Below are positions 52,317 to 61,145 of a DNA stretch of 64,000 bases, one piece after another. A program made the translations under genes and the position numbers. Below the pieces are notes generated by a model that was not told where the DNA came from, did not search any database, and worked only from the letters and a program-made list of their open reading frames with translations. This stretch comes from Coriobacteriia bacterium (GTDB lineage: Bacteria > Actinomycetota > Coriobacteriia > Anaerosomatales > JAJZPX01). Numbering within the stretch: the stretch's first letter is position 1; every line of letters begins with the position of its first letter. The stretch lies in assembly GCA_036504755.1 (NCBI GenBank), contig DASXUP010000023.1:1355-65354 (forward strand), given 5' to 3'.

Positions 52317-52400
52317 GGGATGCTCGGAGGAGCGGCAGGGTGAGGGGCCGCCCAGAGGCGGTCCTTCACGTTTCCTCGAAGAGAGCCGGGAGGAGCGGGC

Positions 52401-52898
52401 ATGGCGAAGGACAACAGCTTCGACATCGTGTCGCAGGTGGACATGCAGGAGGTCGACAACGCGGTGCAGCAGGCCGCGAAGGAGCTGGTGCAGCGCTACG
52501 ACCTCAAGGACACGAAGTCGCAGATCTCGCTCGACAAGGGCGGGGCGGCGATCACGGTCACCGCGCCGGACGATTTCGTGATGCGACAGGTCGTGGACGT
52601 GCTGAACACGAAGCTCGTCCGGCGCGACATCGACCTGAAGGCCGTCGGCTGGAACAAGCCCGAGTCCGCGTCCGGGGGGACAGTCCGGATGGTGGGCGGC
52701 ATCGTCAACGGCATCGAAGCGGACCTCGCCCGTAGGATCAACAAGGACATCCGCGACCAGAAGCTCAAGGTGAAGGTGCAGATCGAGGGCGACCAGCTGC
52801 GGGTCTTCTCCCCCAGCCGCGACGAGCTGCAGACCGTCATCGCCTTCGTGAAGCAGCAGGACTACGGCATCCCGCTCCAGTTCGTGAATTACCGGTAG
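52401..52898 (+). CDS. yajQ: YajQ family nucleotide-binding protein (UPF0234)
   Basis: NSFDIVSQVDMQEVDNAVQQAAKEL..RYDLKD start. 165 aa. GGGAGGAG SD upstream. Confidence 0.9.
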   Translation: MAKDNSFDIVSQVDMQEVDNAVQQAAKELVQRYDLKDTKSQISLDKGGAAITVTAPDDFVMRQVVDVLNTKLVRRDIDLKAVGWNKPESASGGTVRMVGGIVNGIEADLARRINKDIRDQKLKVKVQIEGDQLRVFSPSRDELQTVIAFVKQQDYGIPLQFVNYR

Positions 52899-52902
52899 CC
52901 CG

Positions 52903-54201
52903 GTGCCCCGGCTCAAGGTGCACTTCGTCACGCTCGGCTGTCCGAAGAACGAGGTGGACTCGGACCGGATGGCAGCGCGCGTGGTCTCCTCGGCGTACGC
53001 GCTCGAGCCCGAGCTGCACGCTGCGGACGTCGCGGTAGTGAACACCTGCGCGTTCATCCAGGCGGCCACCGAGGAGTCGGTCGAGACGGTGCTCACGCTG
53101 GCCGCCGAATGGAAGGCCGCGCGGCCCGGCCGCACCCTGGTCGTCGCCGGATGCTTGGCGTCGCGCTACGGCGCCGAGCTGGCGGCCGAGATGCCGGAGG
53201 TGGACGCGTTCGTGCCCGTCGACGACGAGGACGCGCTCCTCAGCCTCCTGGAGCGGCTCTCCGGGCAACCGGCCGAGGCGTCGGAGGGCTCGCCGCCACG
53301 CACGGCCGGGGGCGCCTCCGCGTATCTTCAGGTCGCGGACGGCTGCTTCCACCGCTGCACCTACTGCACGATCCCGTTCATCCGCGGCGGCTATCGCAGC
53401 CGGCCGCTCGACGACCTGGCCGGCGAGGCGCGGTTGCTGATCGCGTCCGGGGTGAAGGAGCTCGTGCTCGTCGGCCAGGACATCTCCTCGTACGGCCGCG
53501 ACCTCGGCGAGGGTTCGCCCTCCCTGGCCGAGGTGGTCCGCGCGCTGGCTCGCACCGAGGGGCTCGAGTGGCTGCGCCTCATGTACGTGCAGCCCGACGG
53601 GATCACGCCGGAGCTTCTCGAGGTGATGGCCGAGGAAGCGGCAGTGTGCCACTACCTCGACGTGCCGCTGCAGCACGCCTCGCGGCAGGTCCTGCACGCC
53701 ATGGCACGCCCCGGGTCCGGCGACGAGTTCCTGCGCCTCCTCGGCGTCGTGCGCTCGTGGCTTCCTGACGTGGCACTGCGCACGACGCTGATTGCGGGCT
53801 TCCCGGGAGAGACCGACACGGACGTCGAGGTGCTCGAGGACTTCCTGCTGCTCGCGCGCTTCGACTACGCGGGCGTGTTCGAGTACTCGCGCGAGGAGGG
53901 CACCCGCGCAGCCGACCTGCCCGGCCAGGTGCCGGCCGAGGCGAAGCGCCTGCGCGCCCAGCGGTTGCGTGACGCCGCGGACTCCGTGGGTTTCGAGAAG
54001 GCCGCGGCCCACACCGGCGAGACGCTGGAGGTGCTCGCTCTCGGCTTGGAGGACGGCGAGCCGTTCGGCAGGACGCGCGGACAGGCGCCCGAGGTCGACG
54101 GCGTGGTATACCTCGATGCGGAAGCGCCGGAAGGCGCCGTGGTGCGGGCACGCATCGTCGACTCGGCGGGATACGACCTGGTGGGGGAGGTGCAGCGGTG
54201 A
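52903..54201 (+). CDS. rimO: Ribosomal protein S12 methylthiotransferase RimO (radical SAM MTTase)
   Basis: KVHFVTLGCPKNEVDSDRM N-terminal MTTase domain, radical-SAM CFHRCTYCTIP, C-terminal TRAM. Confidence 0.88.
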   Translation: MPRLKVHFVTLGCPKNEVDSDRMAARVVSSAYALEPELHAADVAVVNTCAFIQAATEESVETVLTLAAEWKAARPGRTLVVAGCLASRYGAELAAEMPEVDAFVPVDDEDALLSLLERLSGQPAEASEGSPPRTAGGASAYLQVADGCFHRCTYCTIPFIRGGYRSRPLDDLAGEARLLIASGVKELVLVGQDISSYGRDLGEGSPSLAEVVRALARTEGLEWLRLMYVQPDGITPELLEVMAEEAAVCHYLDVPLQHASRQVLHAMARPGSGDEFLRLLGVVRSWLPDVALRTTLIAGFPGETDTDVEVLEDFLLLARFDYAGVFEYSREEGTRAADLPGQVPAEAKRLRAQRLRDAADSVGFEKAAAHTGETLEVLALGLEDGEPFGRTRGQAPEVDGVVYLDAEAPEGAVVRARIVDSAGYDLVGEVQR

Positions 54202-54785
54202 ACACCTGGGCCAACCGCGTGACGATCGCGCGGATGATCCTCATCCCCGTGTTCATCGTCGTACTGCTCGCGCGCCTGCCCAACTGGGGCCCATGGCTCG
54301 CGGCGCTGATCTTCACCGCGCTCGCGTCGACGGACGCCGTCGACGGTTACCTCGCCCGCTCGCGCAACGAGGTGACCACCTTCGGGAAGTTCATCGACCC
54401 GCTCGCGGACAAGCTCCTCGTCACCGCGGCCCTGGTCGCCCTCGTCGAGCTCGGGAAGATCGGCGCGTGGATCGCCATCATCATAATCAGCCGCGAGTTC
54501 ATCGTCTCCGGCCTGCGGATGGTGTCCATCGCCGAAGGCAAGGTCATCGCCGCGTCGGGGTGGGGCAAGGCCAAGACGATCCTCCAGATCGCGGCGATCG
54601 TCGGCTTCATCGTCAAGGATTCGCCCGTCGTGGCGCAGTACCTCGGACCGTCGGCGGACCTCGCCTTCCAATACGCGGCCTGGGCCGTGATGGGAGCCGC
54701 GCTCCTGCTGACCGTGCTCTCCATGTTCGACTACTTCTACCACGCTCGCGACATCCTCTCCGGCCCGTGGAGCGGGGGCGCGTGA
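54198..54785 (+). CDS. pgsA: CDP-diacylglycerol--glycerol-3-phosphate 3-phosphatidyltransferase
   Basis: GTG 54198 overlaps the rimO stop (GTGA). CDP-alcohol phosphatidyltransferase motif DAVDGYLARSRNEVTTFGKFIDPLADK. Confidence 0.9.
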   Translation: MNTWANRVTIARMILIPVFIVVLLARLPNWGPWLAALIFTALASTDAVDGYLARSRNEVTTFGKFIDPLADKLLVTAALVALVELGKIGAWIAIIIISREFIVSGLRMVSIAEGKVIAASGWGKAKTILQIAAIVGFIVKDSPVVAQYLGPSADLAFQYAAWAVMGAALLLTVLSMFDYFYHARDILSGPWSGGA

Positions 54786-54786
54786 C

Positions 54787-56013
54787 GTGCCCTGCGCCGC
54801 GATAGTCACCGTCGGCACCGAGCTGGTCACCGGGCTCGTCGTCGACACCAACGCGGCGGAGATCGGCGCGTCCCTCACGGCGGCCGGCTTCATCGTGGAC
54901 GAGCGGGTGAGCCTTCCCGACGACATCGCGGCCGTCGCGGCGCGTCTGACGCGTCTCGCGGCCGATCACGACCTCGTGGTGGTCACGGGCGGTCTCGGGC
55001 CCACCCACGACGACGTGACCCGCGAGGCGGCTTCTCGCGCCCTCGGAGTGCCACTCGAGCGTGACGAGGCCATAGCGGCGGGACTGCGGGCGATCGCCGG
55101 CAGGCATGGCGAGGCGCGCGCCGCGGAGCAGGTCTACCGCCAGGCGGACGTCCTGCGCGGCGCGCGGGTCCTGCCCGCCACGCTCGGGACCGCGCCCGGG
55201 CAGGTCGCCGCTACCGCTCGGGGGGATCTCGTGCTCCTCCCGGGCCCCCCGCGAGAGATGCGAGCGATGCTGCCGCAGGCGCTCGCCGAGCTCGGGCTCA
55301 CCGCCACCGCGGCACCTGTCGTCCTCGCCACCACGGGGCTTCCCGAGTCGGACGTCCAGGTCGCGGCCGAGAGGGTCCTCGGGGGAGTGTCCGGCATCGG
55401 CCTCACGGTGCTGGCGCGGGCGGGCGAGGTCCGCGCCGTGCTCTTCGACCGCGGCGCAGCCCCCGGATCTCTCGCCGCCGCAGCGCAAGGGGTCTGCGAC
55501 GCCCTGGGCGACCGTTGCTTCTCCGCCACGGGCGAGTCGCTCGCCGCGGCCGTGTTGCGCGAGGCTCGCGACGCGTCGCTCACGATCGCCACCGCCGAGT
55601 CCTGCACGGGCGGCATGGTCGCGGCGGCGCTGACCGACGTCGCCGGCTCCTCCGACGTCTTCCTCGGCAGTGTCGTGAGCTACAGCAACGAGTCGAAGGA
55701 GCGCTTGCTCCGGGTGCCGGCCGACACCTTGCGGGACCACGGAGCCGTGAGCCCGCAGACGGCCGAGGCGATGGCGAAGGGCGTCCGCCGGCTCACGGGC
55801 GCGGACGTCTGCGTGTCGGTGACGGGCGTCGCGGGCCCGGGCGGGGGCACGCCTGAGAAACCCGTCGGCCTGGTGTGGTTCGGGCTGCTCTCACCCGACG
55901 CGCAGCGGCAGGAAAGGCGGCTCTTCCCGGGCGATCGCGACGCGGTGCGCGTGCGCGCCACCGCGACCGCCCTCGACCTCGTCCGTCTCGAGATCCGGCG
56001 ACTGCGAGGCTGA
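54787..56013 (+). CDS. cinA: CinA (MoCF-like domain + nicotinamide-nucleotide amidase PncC domain)
   Basis: AIVTVGTELVTGLVVDTNA, VVVTGGLGPTHDDVT, C-terminal TIATAESCTGGMVAAALTDVAGSS. Canonical position upstream of recA. Confidence 0.9.
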   Translation: MPCAAIVTVGTELVTGLVVDTNAAEIGASLTAAGFIVDERVSLPDDIAAVAARLTRLAADHDLVVVTGGLGPTHDDVTREAASRALGVPLERDEAIAAGLRAIAGRHGEARAAEQVYRQADVLRGARVLPATLGTAPGQVAATARGDLVLLPGPPREMRAMLPQALAELGLTATAAPVVLATTGLPESDVQVAAERVLGGVSGIGLTVLARAGEVRAVLFDRGAAPGSLAAAAQGVCDALGDRCFSATGESLAAAVLREARDASLTIATAESCTGGMVAAALTDVAGSSDVFLGSVVSYSNESKERLLRVPADTLRDHGAVSPQTAEAMAKGVRRLTGADVCVSVTGVAGPGGGTPEKPVGLVWFGLLSPDAQRQERRLFPGDRDAVRVRATATALDLVRLEIRRLRG

Positions 56014-56016
56014 CCG

Positions 56017-56619
56017 ATGCGGGCCTTCGTCGCGATCACGCTCCCGGACGCGACCCGCCGCTCGCTCGCTGCCGCATCGGGCGCGTTCCGCGACGCCGCG
56101 CCCGAGTGGGCGGGGGAGAAGTGGGTGCCGGAGGAGAACCTGCACGTCACCGTCGAGTTCATCGGGCAGCTCTCCGACGAGACCGTGCCCGCGGTGATGA
56201 ACGCGCTCGAACTCGCGTGCTCGCCGCTGCGGCCGTTCACCCTCTCCGTGCGAGACGTCGTGGCGAAGCCGGGCGGCAGCCGGCCTCGGATGCTGTGGGC
56301 TCGCTTCGCCGACGGGATCGAGCCCGCGCGCGAGCTCGCGTCCGGGATCTCGACGGCGCTCGCCGAGGCGATCGGCCTGGAGCCCGAGAAACGTCCGTAC
56401 ACGCCTCACGTGACTCTCGTGCGCTTCCGTGTCCCCCGAAGGGTGCCGGAAGGCGCCGTCGCCGCGGCCAACGCCGTCCTGGACGCGATCGCACCCTCGT
56501 GCGGCACGGCCGGAGGCCCCTCGCCGCTGTTCGTGTCAGTGCGGCATGTGACACTGATGTCGAGCCGCCTCTCGCGCCGCGGCCCGACGTACGAAGAGGT
56601 AGCGTCGGTCCCGCTCTAG
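56017..56619 (+). CDS. thpR: RNA 2',3'-cyclic phosphodiesterase (2H family, ThpR/LigT)
   Basis: Two HxT/S motifs: NLHVTVEF and TPHVTLVRF. RAFVAI start. Confidence 0.85.
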   Translation: MRAFVAITLPDATRRSLAAASGAFRDAAPEWAGEKWVPEENLHVTVEFIGQLSDETVPAVMNALELACSPLRPFTLSVRDVVAKPGGSRPRMLWARFADGIEPARELASGISTALAEAIGLEPEKRPYTPHVTLVRFRVPRRVPEGAVAAANAVLDAIAPSCGTAGGPSPLFVSVRHVTLMSSRLSRRGPTYEEVASVPL

Positions 56620-56625
56620 AAGCGA

Positions 56626-56654
56626 TTGACAGGCGAACACGTGTTCGGTACCGT
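56626..56654 (+). promoter_or_regulatory. Putative recA promoter (TTGACA-17 nt-TACCGT)
   Basis: Perfect -35 TTGACA at 56626-56631. TAnnnT-type -10 TACCGT at 56649-56654. The spacer contains the LexA-box palindrome. Confidence 0.55.
56634..56647. promoter_or_regulatory. LexA (SOS / Cheo-type) box CGAACACGTGTTCG
   Basis: Perfect 14-bp palindrome with the Gram-positive GAAC-N4-GTTC core. Lies inside the recA promoter spacer, about 52 nt upstream of the recA ATG. Confidence 0.8.
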
Positions 56655-56698
56655 TGACGCAACCTCTCAGGGGTCGCGATAAGGAGGAGCGGGAACTG

Positions 56699-57730
56699 AT
56701 GGAACGCGAGAAGGTCGACAAGATCCTCGATCTCACCAAAGAGCAGGTCGAGCGGAAGTTCGGCAAGGGGTCGCTGATGCGGCTGGGCGACCACGCCCTC
56801 GTGGGTTCGATGCCCGCGATCTCGACGGGCTCCATAGCGCTGGACGCTGCGCTCGGCATAGGCGGTGTCCCGCGCGGACGCATCGTCGAGATCTACGGTC
56901 CGGAGTCCTCCGGCAAGACCACGCTCGCGCTGCAGATAGTCGCCGAGGCGCAGAGCGCCGGCGGTATAGCCGCCTTCATAGACGCCGAGCACGCGATGGA
57001 CCCCACGTACGCGGCCAAGCTCGGTGTCGACATCAACGACGTGCTCATCAGCCAGCCGGACACCGGCGAGCAGGCGCTCGAGATCTGCGACATGCTCGTG
57101 CGCTCCGGGGCCATCGACGTCGTCGTGATCGACTCCGTCGCCGCGCTCGTCCCGCGAGCGGAGCTCGAGGGCGAGATGGGCGACGTCACCGTAGGCCTGC
57201 AGGCGCGCCTCATGAGCCAGGCGCTCCGCAAGCTCGCCGGCTCCCTCTCGAAGAGCAACACCACGTGCATCTTCATCAACCAGCTGCGCGAGAAGGTCGG
57301 CGTCATGTTCGGCAGTCCCGAGACCACCTCGGGCGGCCGTGCGCTCAAGTTCTACGCCTCGATCCGCATCGACGTCCGCCGCATCGACTCGATCAAGGTC
57401 GGTACGGACGTCGTCGGCAACCGTGTGCGTGCCAAGGTCGTGAAGAACAAGGTCGCCCCGCCCTTCCGTCAGGCCGAGTTCGACCTGATGTTCGGCAGCG
57501 GTATCAGCAAGGAGGGCTCGATACTCGATCTGGGCGTCGAGGAGGGCATCGTAGCCAAGTCCGGTGCCTGGTTCGCGTACGGCGAGGAGCGGTTGGGCCA
57601 GGGCCGAGAGGCCGCCAAGGACTACCTCCGAGAGCACCCGGAACTCCGTGACATCGTCGAGGCGGCGGTACGCGAACGTCTCGAGATCCCGGCGCCCGCC
57701 CTCATGGGCGAAGCGGACAACGTAGAATAA
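56699..57730 (+). CDS. recA: Recombinase RecA
   Basis: ATG 56699 sits 9 nt after [19 protein letters not shown], Walker [52 protein letters not shown]. Confidence 0.98.
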   Translation: MEREKVDKILDLTKEQVERKFGKGSLMRLGDHALVGSMPAISTGSIALDAALGIGGVPRGRIVEIYGPESSGKTTLALQIVAEAQSAGGIAAFIDAEHAMDPTYAAKLGVDINDVLISQPDTGEQALEICDMLVRSGAIDVVVIDSVAALVPRAELEGEMGDVTVGLQARLMSQALRKLAGSLSKSNTTCIFINQLREKVGVMFGSPETTSGGRALKFYASIRIDVRRIDSIKVGTDVVGNRVRAKVVKNKVAPPFRQAEFDLMFGSGISKEGSILDLGVEEGIVAKSGAWFAYGEERLGQGREAAKDYLREHPELRDIVEAAVRERLEIPAPALMGEADNVE

Positions 57731-57748
57731 CCCTCGGGTCGAGGTCGA

Positions 57749-58387
57749 GTGATGCCGGAGATCACCGACATCCGTCCCACGAGCCGCGGGAGCCGAAGGC
57801 GACGCCTCTACCTCGACGGCTGCGAGTGGCGATCCGTCCCTCAGGAGGTCGTGCGCGCGGCCGGCCTCCGTGTGGGACAGGCGGTCGAGGAGGCCGCACT
57901 CGTCGCGCAACTCGCCGAGGCCGAGCCGCCTCAGGCGTGGGAGCGTGCGCTCAGGTTGCTCAACTACCGCGACCGCGGCTCAGGGGAGCTGCGTGCCCGT
58001 CTTCTCGACGACGGCTACGAAGCGGCGGTCGTCGAGGACGTAGTCGAGCGCGCGCTGGCGATGGGTTTCCTCGACGACCGCCGCTTCGCCGAAGGCCTGG
58101 CGCGGCAGGAGGGCATGAAGCGCAGAGGCCGCCGGCGCGTCGCGGCCGAGCTGGCGGCGAAGGGTGTGGACGAGGCGCTGGCGGCGCAGATCCTCGCGGA
58201 GTGCTGCTCCCCGGAGGAAGAGCGAGGGCGCGCGCTCTCCTTGGCGAGGCGCCTCGCATCGCGATATCGCGATGAGGTGCCCCGACTGGCGTCACGCCTA
58301 TGCCGAGCGGGCTACGAACCCAGCCTCGCCTGGAACGTCGCGCGCGAGGCGGTGAACGAGGCGGATCGCCGTTCTGACGAGGGATGA
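57749..58387 (+). CDS. recX: RecA regulator RecX
   Basis: Position right after recA. Three-repeat helical pattern: ALRLLNYRDRGSGELRARL, VVERALAMGFLDDRRFAEGLAR. Start is GTG 57749 or ATG 57752. Confidence 0.85.
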   Translation: MMPEITDIRPTSRGSRRRRLYLDGCEWRSVPQEVVRAAGLRVGQAVEEAALVAQLAEAEPPQAWERALRLLNYRDRGSGELRARLLDDGYEAAVVEDVVERALAMGFLDDRRFAEGLARQEGMKRRGRRRVAAELAAKGVDEALAAQILAECCSPEEERGRALSLARRLASRYRDEVPRLASRLCRAGYEPSLAWNVAREAVNEADRRSDEG

Positions 58388-58413
58388 CACCTCGCGCGCG
58401 CGTTCCGCTCGCC

Positions 58414-58442
58414 TTGACGGCACGATACGTGCAGACTAGGAT
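58414..58442 (+). promoter_or_regulatory. Putative rny promoter (TTGACG-17 nt-TAGGAT)
   Basis: TTGACG at 58414-58419 and TAGGAT at 58437-58442. This would give a 5' UTR of about 280 nt before ATG 58729. Confidence 0.45.
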
Positions 58443-58728
58443 GACCGTGGCAATTGTGATGACCCGTCGCGTAGCGTGGCGGTTTGTGTGGGGCTCGGTG
58501 TGGACCGTGACGTGCAGGGCGCAGAGGCGTCCTGCTAACGGCATATCGGGGTACTCGCACACTTCGCATTTGCCGGACGCCGAGCGTCCGGCGCGTTCGT
58601 CTCAGGGCCCGAAACGCGATCGTGCGACAGCACCCTGAGCGACCACTAGCAGCGGCACTTGCCGCGACTCCTCGGCGTCCGTGACGTGATGCACACGAAC
58701 GAACGACACGGAAGGAGGAGAGCCCGAC

Positions 58729-60261
58729 ATGGCGACAGCCATCGCTGGCATCGTAGCCCTCATCATCGGCGTTCTCCTCGGCCTGGTCCTCCAGCGGTAC
58801 GTCACGGGCGAGCGCGCCAAGCACGCCCAGGAGACGGCGCAGCGCATCATCGCCGATGCGGAGAAGCAGGCCGAGACTCGTAAGAAGGAAGCGCTGATCG
58901 AGGCCAAGGACGAGGTCTTCAAACTGAAGGCCGACGCCGAAGCCGAGGCGAAGGAGCGCCGCAAGGACCTCACCGCGCTCGAGACGCGGCTCGTTCAGCG
59001 CGAGGAGACGCTGGAGCGGCGCGCCGAGATGCTCGACAAGCGCGAGCATCAGATCTCGAGCACGCAGGGCCAGATCCAGAAGAAGGAGCAGGACCTCGAC
59101 ACCGCCATCGCGGAGGAGAAGGCACGCCTGGAGCAGCTCGCAGGCATGACCGCCGACGAGGCCAAGGCGGTCCTCATGCGCCGCATCGAGGAGGACGTGA
59201 AGCACGACGCGGCGGCCTTCATCCGGGAGCAGGAATCGCTCGCGCGTGAGGAAGCCGACAAGCGCGCCCGCAACATCGTCGGCATCGCCATCCAGCGCGT
59301 CGCCGCCGACCACACGGCGGAGTCGACCGTCTCGGTGGTCCACTTGCCGAGCGACGACATGAAGGGCCGCATCATCGGCCGAGAGGGAAGGAACATCCGC
59401 GCCTTCGAGCAGGCCACCGGGATAAACCTCATCATCGACGACACTCCCGAGGCGGTCATACTCTCCAGCTTCGACCCGGTGCGTCGCGAGATCGCGCGCA
59501 TCACTCTCGAGAGCGCCATCGCCGACGGTCGAATCCACCCCGCACGCATCGAGGAGCTGCACAAGAAGGCGGAGACGCTGGTGGAGCAGCAGATCCACGA
59601 GGCGGGCGAGCAGGCGGTGTTCGAGACGGGCGTCCATGGGTTGCACGCCGAGCTCATCCGGACCCTCGGCCGCCTGAAGTTCCGCACCAGCTACGGGCAG
59701 AACGTGTTGAAGCACTCGCTCGAGGTGTCCTACCTCGCCGGAGTGATGGCGGCGGAGCTCGGCGTCGACGTGAAGCTCGCGAAGCGCGCAGGCCTCCTGC
59801 ACGACCTCGGCAAGGCCATCGACCACGAGGTCGAGGGGCCGCACGCTGTGATCGGAGCCGAGCTCGCCAAGCGGCTCGGTGAGAGCAAAGAGGTAGTGCA
59901 CTCCATCGAGGCCCACCACGGCGATGCAGAGGCGTCGACCGTAGAGGCCGTTCTGGTCCAGGCTGCCGACGCGATATCCGCCGCGCGCCCCGGCGCACGC
60001 CGTGAGACGCTCGAGAGCTACATCAAGCGGCTCGAGAAGCTCGAGGCGCTGGCCGAGAGTCACAAGGGCGTGGAGAAGAGTTACGCGATGCAGGCCGGTC
60101 GCGAGATCCGGATCATGGTGAAGCCGGAGCAGATCTCCGACGCCGACTCGGTCGTGCTTGCACGCGACATCGCCAAGCAGATCGAAGAGGAGATGGAGTA
60201 CCCCGGGCAGATCAAGGTGATCGTGATCCGCGAGAGCCGAGCCGTGGAGTACGCCAAGTAG
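58729..60261 (+). CDS. rny: Ribonuclease Y
   Basis: N-terminal TM helix ([17 protein letters not shown]), coiled-coil, KH ([15 protein letters not shown]), HD domain (LKHSLEV...LLHDLGKA). GGAAGGAGGAG SD upstream. Confidence 0.95.
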   Translation: MATAIAGIVALIIGVLLGLVLQRYVTGERAKHAQETAQRIIADAEKQAETRKKEALIEAKDEVFKLKADAEAEAKERRKDLTALETRLVQREETLERRAEMLDKREHQISSTQGQIQKKEQDLDTAIAEEKARLEQLAGMTADEAKAVLMRRIEEDVKHDAAAFIREQESLAREEADKRARNIVGIAIQRVAADHTAESTVSVVHLPSDDMKGRIIGREGRNIRAFEQATGINLIIDDTPEAVILSSFDPVRREIARITLESAIADGRIHPARIEELHKKAETLVEQQIHEAGEQAVFETGVHGLHAELIRTLGRLKFRTSYGQNVLKHSLEVSYLAGVMAAELGVDVKLAKRAGLLHDLGKAIDHEVEGPHAVIGAELAKRLGESKEVVHSIEAHHGDAEASTVEAVLVQAADAISAARPGARRETLESYIKRLEKLEALAESHKGVEKSYAMQAGREIRIMVKPEQISDADSVVLARDIAKQIEEEMEYPGQIKVIVIRESRAVEYAK

Positions 60262-60285
60262 TCCGCGCTGTGACATGAACGTGAT

Positions 60286-60312
60286 CGGACGGCCCCGCTC
60301 AGGGGCCGTCCG
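60286..60312. terminator. Bidirectional terminator hairpin between convergent rny and the minus-strand membrane gene
   Basis: 11-bp perfect stem CGGACGGCCCC / GGGGCCGTCCG with loop GCTCA. Lies 25 nt after the rny stop and 6 nt beyond the minus-strand gene stop. Confidence 0.65.
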
Positions 60313-60317
60313 CGTCT

Positions 60318-60782
60318 TCAGGCCGGACGCGGAGGCTGCAGCCGCCCGTCGAGCTGCGGATCAGCGTCGAACGCCTTCCCGAGCACCGCGTCCCGCTGCT
60401 GGAAGGGCACGCGCGCCGCGGCGCCGAAGAGGGAGCGCAGCCTCGCCCACGGCGAGCGGGCGTCGAGCGCCAGCAGGACCGCGGCCGCGACCGGCCAGAC
60501 GGCCAGCACGGCGATCCATCTCCCTCCCGGCGCGATCCGAAGCGCCCAAGACAGCACGAAGGCGATCGCGGCGGGCCAGCACACGGCGGACGCAAACAGC
60601 AAGGGCGTCCGCCCGAAGGAACGCGGTCGAGGCCAGCCGACGGACTCGGGATACCGCTGCGCCCGCATCTCGAAGTACCGCGTCGCCGCGAGCCCGATCA
60701 GGGCCGCGCGGACGGCGCCCCACGTGCCTGCCGCTATGAAGACGCTCAGAGCGACGCTCTCTATCAGCATCATCCGATCCAC
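60318..60782 (-). CDS. Hypothetical integral membrane protein; the only minus-strand gene in the window
   Basis: In the last 31 codons I counted 27 G/C at third positions in this frame, against roughly 60 percent for the overlapping + ORF 60275..60739. Three to four hydrophobic helices (LIESVALSVFIAAGTWGAVRAALIGLAA, LLFASAVCWPAAIAFVLSWAL, WIAVLAVWPVAAAVLLAL). GTG 60782 lies 9 nt after GGGAGGAGGG. The track ATG at 60821 sits within a -10-like CAGAAT element. Confidence 0.6.
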   Translation of the reverse strand: MDRMMLIESVALSVFIAAGTWGAVRAALIGLAATRYFEMRAQRYPESVGWPRPRSFGRTPLLFASAVCWPAAIAFVLSWALRIAPGGRWIAVLAVWPVAAAVLLALDARSPWARLRSLFGAAARVPFQQRDAVLGKAFDADPQLDGRLQPPRPA

Positions 60783-60931
60783 GGGTGACACCCCTCCTCC
60801 CAGCCGCCTCGATTCTGCCATCCGCCGAGGGATGCGTCACGCCCGCCGACCAACGGTCGCGCCGCAGGGAGGGTGGAATGGAAGCTGCTCTCGAGGGACC
60901 TCGTACCTTGAGTCCGTAGGAGGGACCTCCC

Positions 60932-61135
60932 GTGAACCGATGCCCGCGCTGCTTCCGCCCGTACGACCATGAGATCGCCATCCTTCGGGAGGACGGCGTC
61001 GAGATCGCCTACGCGCACGTAGACTCACAGGGCTGCGTCGACATGTGCCACTCGGACGCTCTCGAGCTGCCGCGACCCTACGTGTACGACGAGGCTACGC
61101 GCACCGTGTTCGGGGGATCCGGGGTCCGCGACTAA
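60932..61135 (+). CDS. 67-aa Cys-rich miniprotein (CxxC ... CxxxC-H), hypothetical
   Basis: Third codon positions are almost all G/C. AGGAGGG lies upstream of GTG 60932. Sequence NRCPRCFRPYDHEI...SQGCVDMCH. The next gene starts 10 nt downstream. Confidence 0.6.
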   Translation: MNRCPRCFRPYDHEIAILREDGVEIAYAHVDSQGCVDMCHSDALELPRPYVYDEATRTVFGGSGVRD

Positions 61136-61145
61136 CTGTCCGTCG

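Noticed and set aside
56654-56698. Upstream track start codons: TTG 56654 for recA, 12037 for pyrH, 31898 for rimP, 39583 for rpsO, 62320 for spoVS, and ATG 60821 for the membrane protein.
   Set aside because: In each case a downstream start is preceded at proper spacing by a strong GGAGG-type SD and gives an N-terminus matching the protein family. The upstream extension is Arg/Pro-rich and, for recA and the membrane gene, overlaps the predicted promoter.
58388-58728. Possibility that the rny upstream region encodes a known ncRNA (6S RNA, riboswitch, T-box) or a small protein (track ORF 58384..58638).
   Set aside because: I could not recognise any conserved riboswitch, T-box or 6S core by eye, and the ORF translation looks non-coding. 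It is kept as an unexplained structured leader in the findings, not called as a specific RNA gene.
60275-60739. A + strand ORF (154 aa, MNVIGRPRSGAVRVF...) and the minus ORF 60361..60981 overlapping the membrane-protein gene.
   Set aside because: Third-position G/C is about 60 percent in the + frame, against 27 of 31 in the sampled stretch of the 60318..60782 minus frame. The + product is Arg/Pro/Ala-rich with no hydrophobic core, and the rny terminator hairpin lies inside its 5' end.
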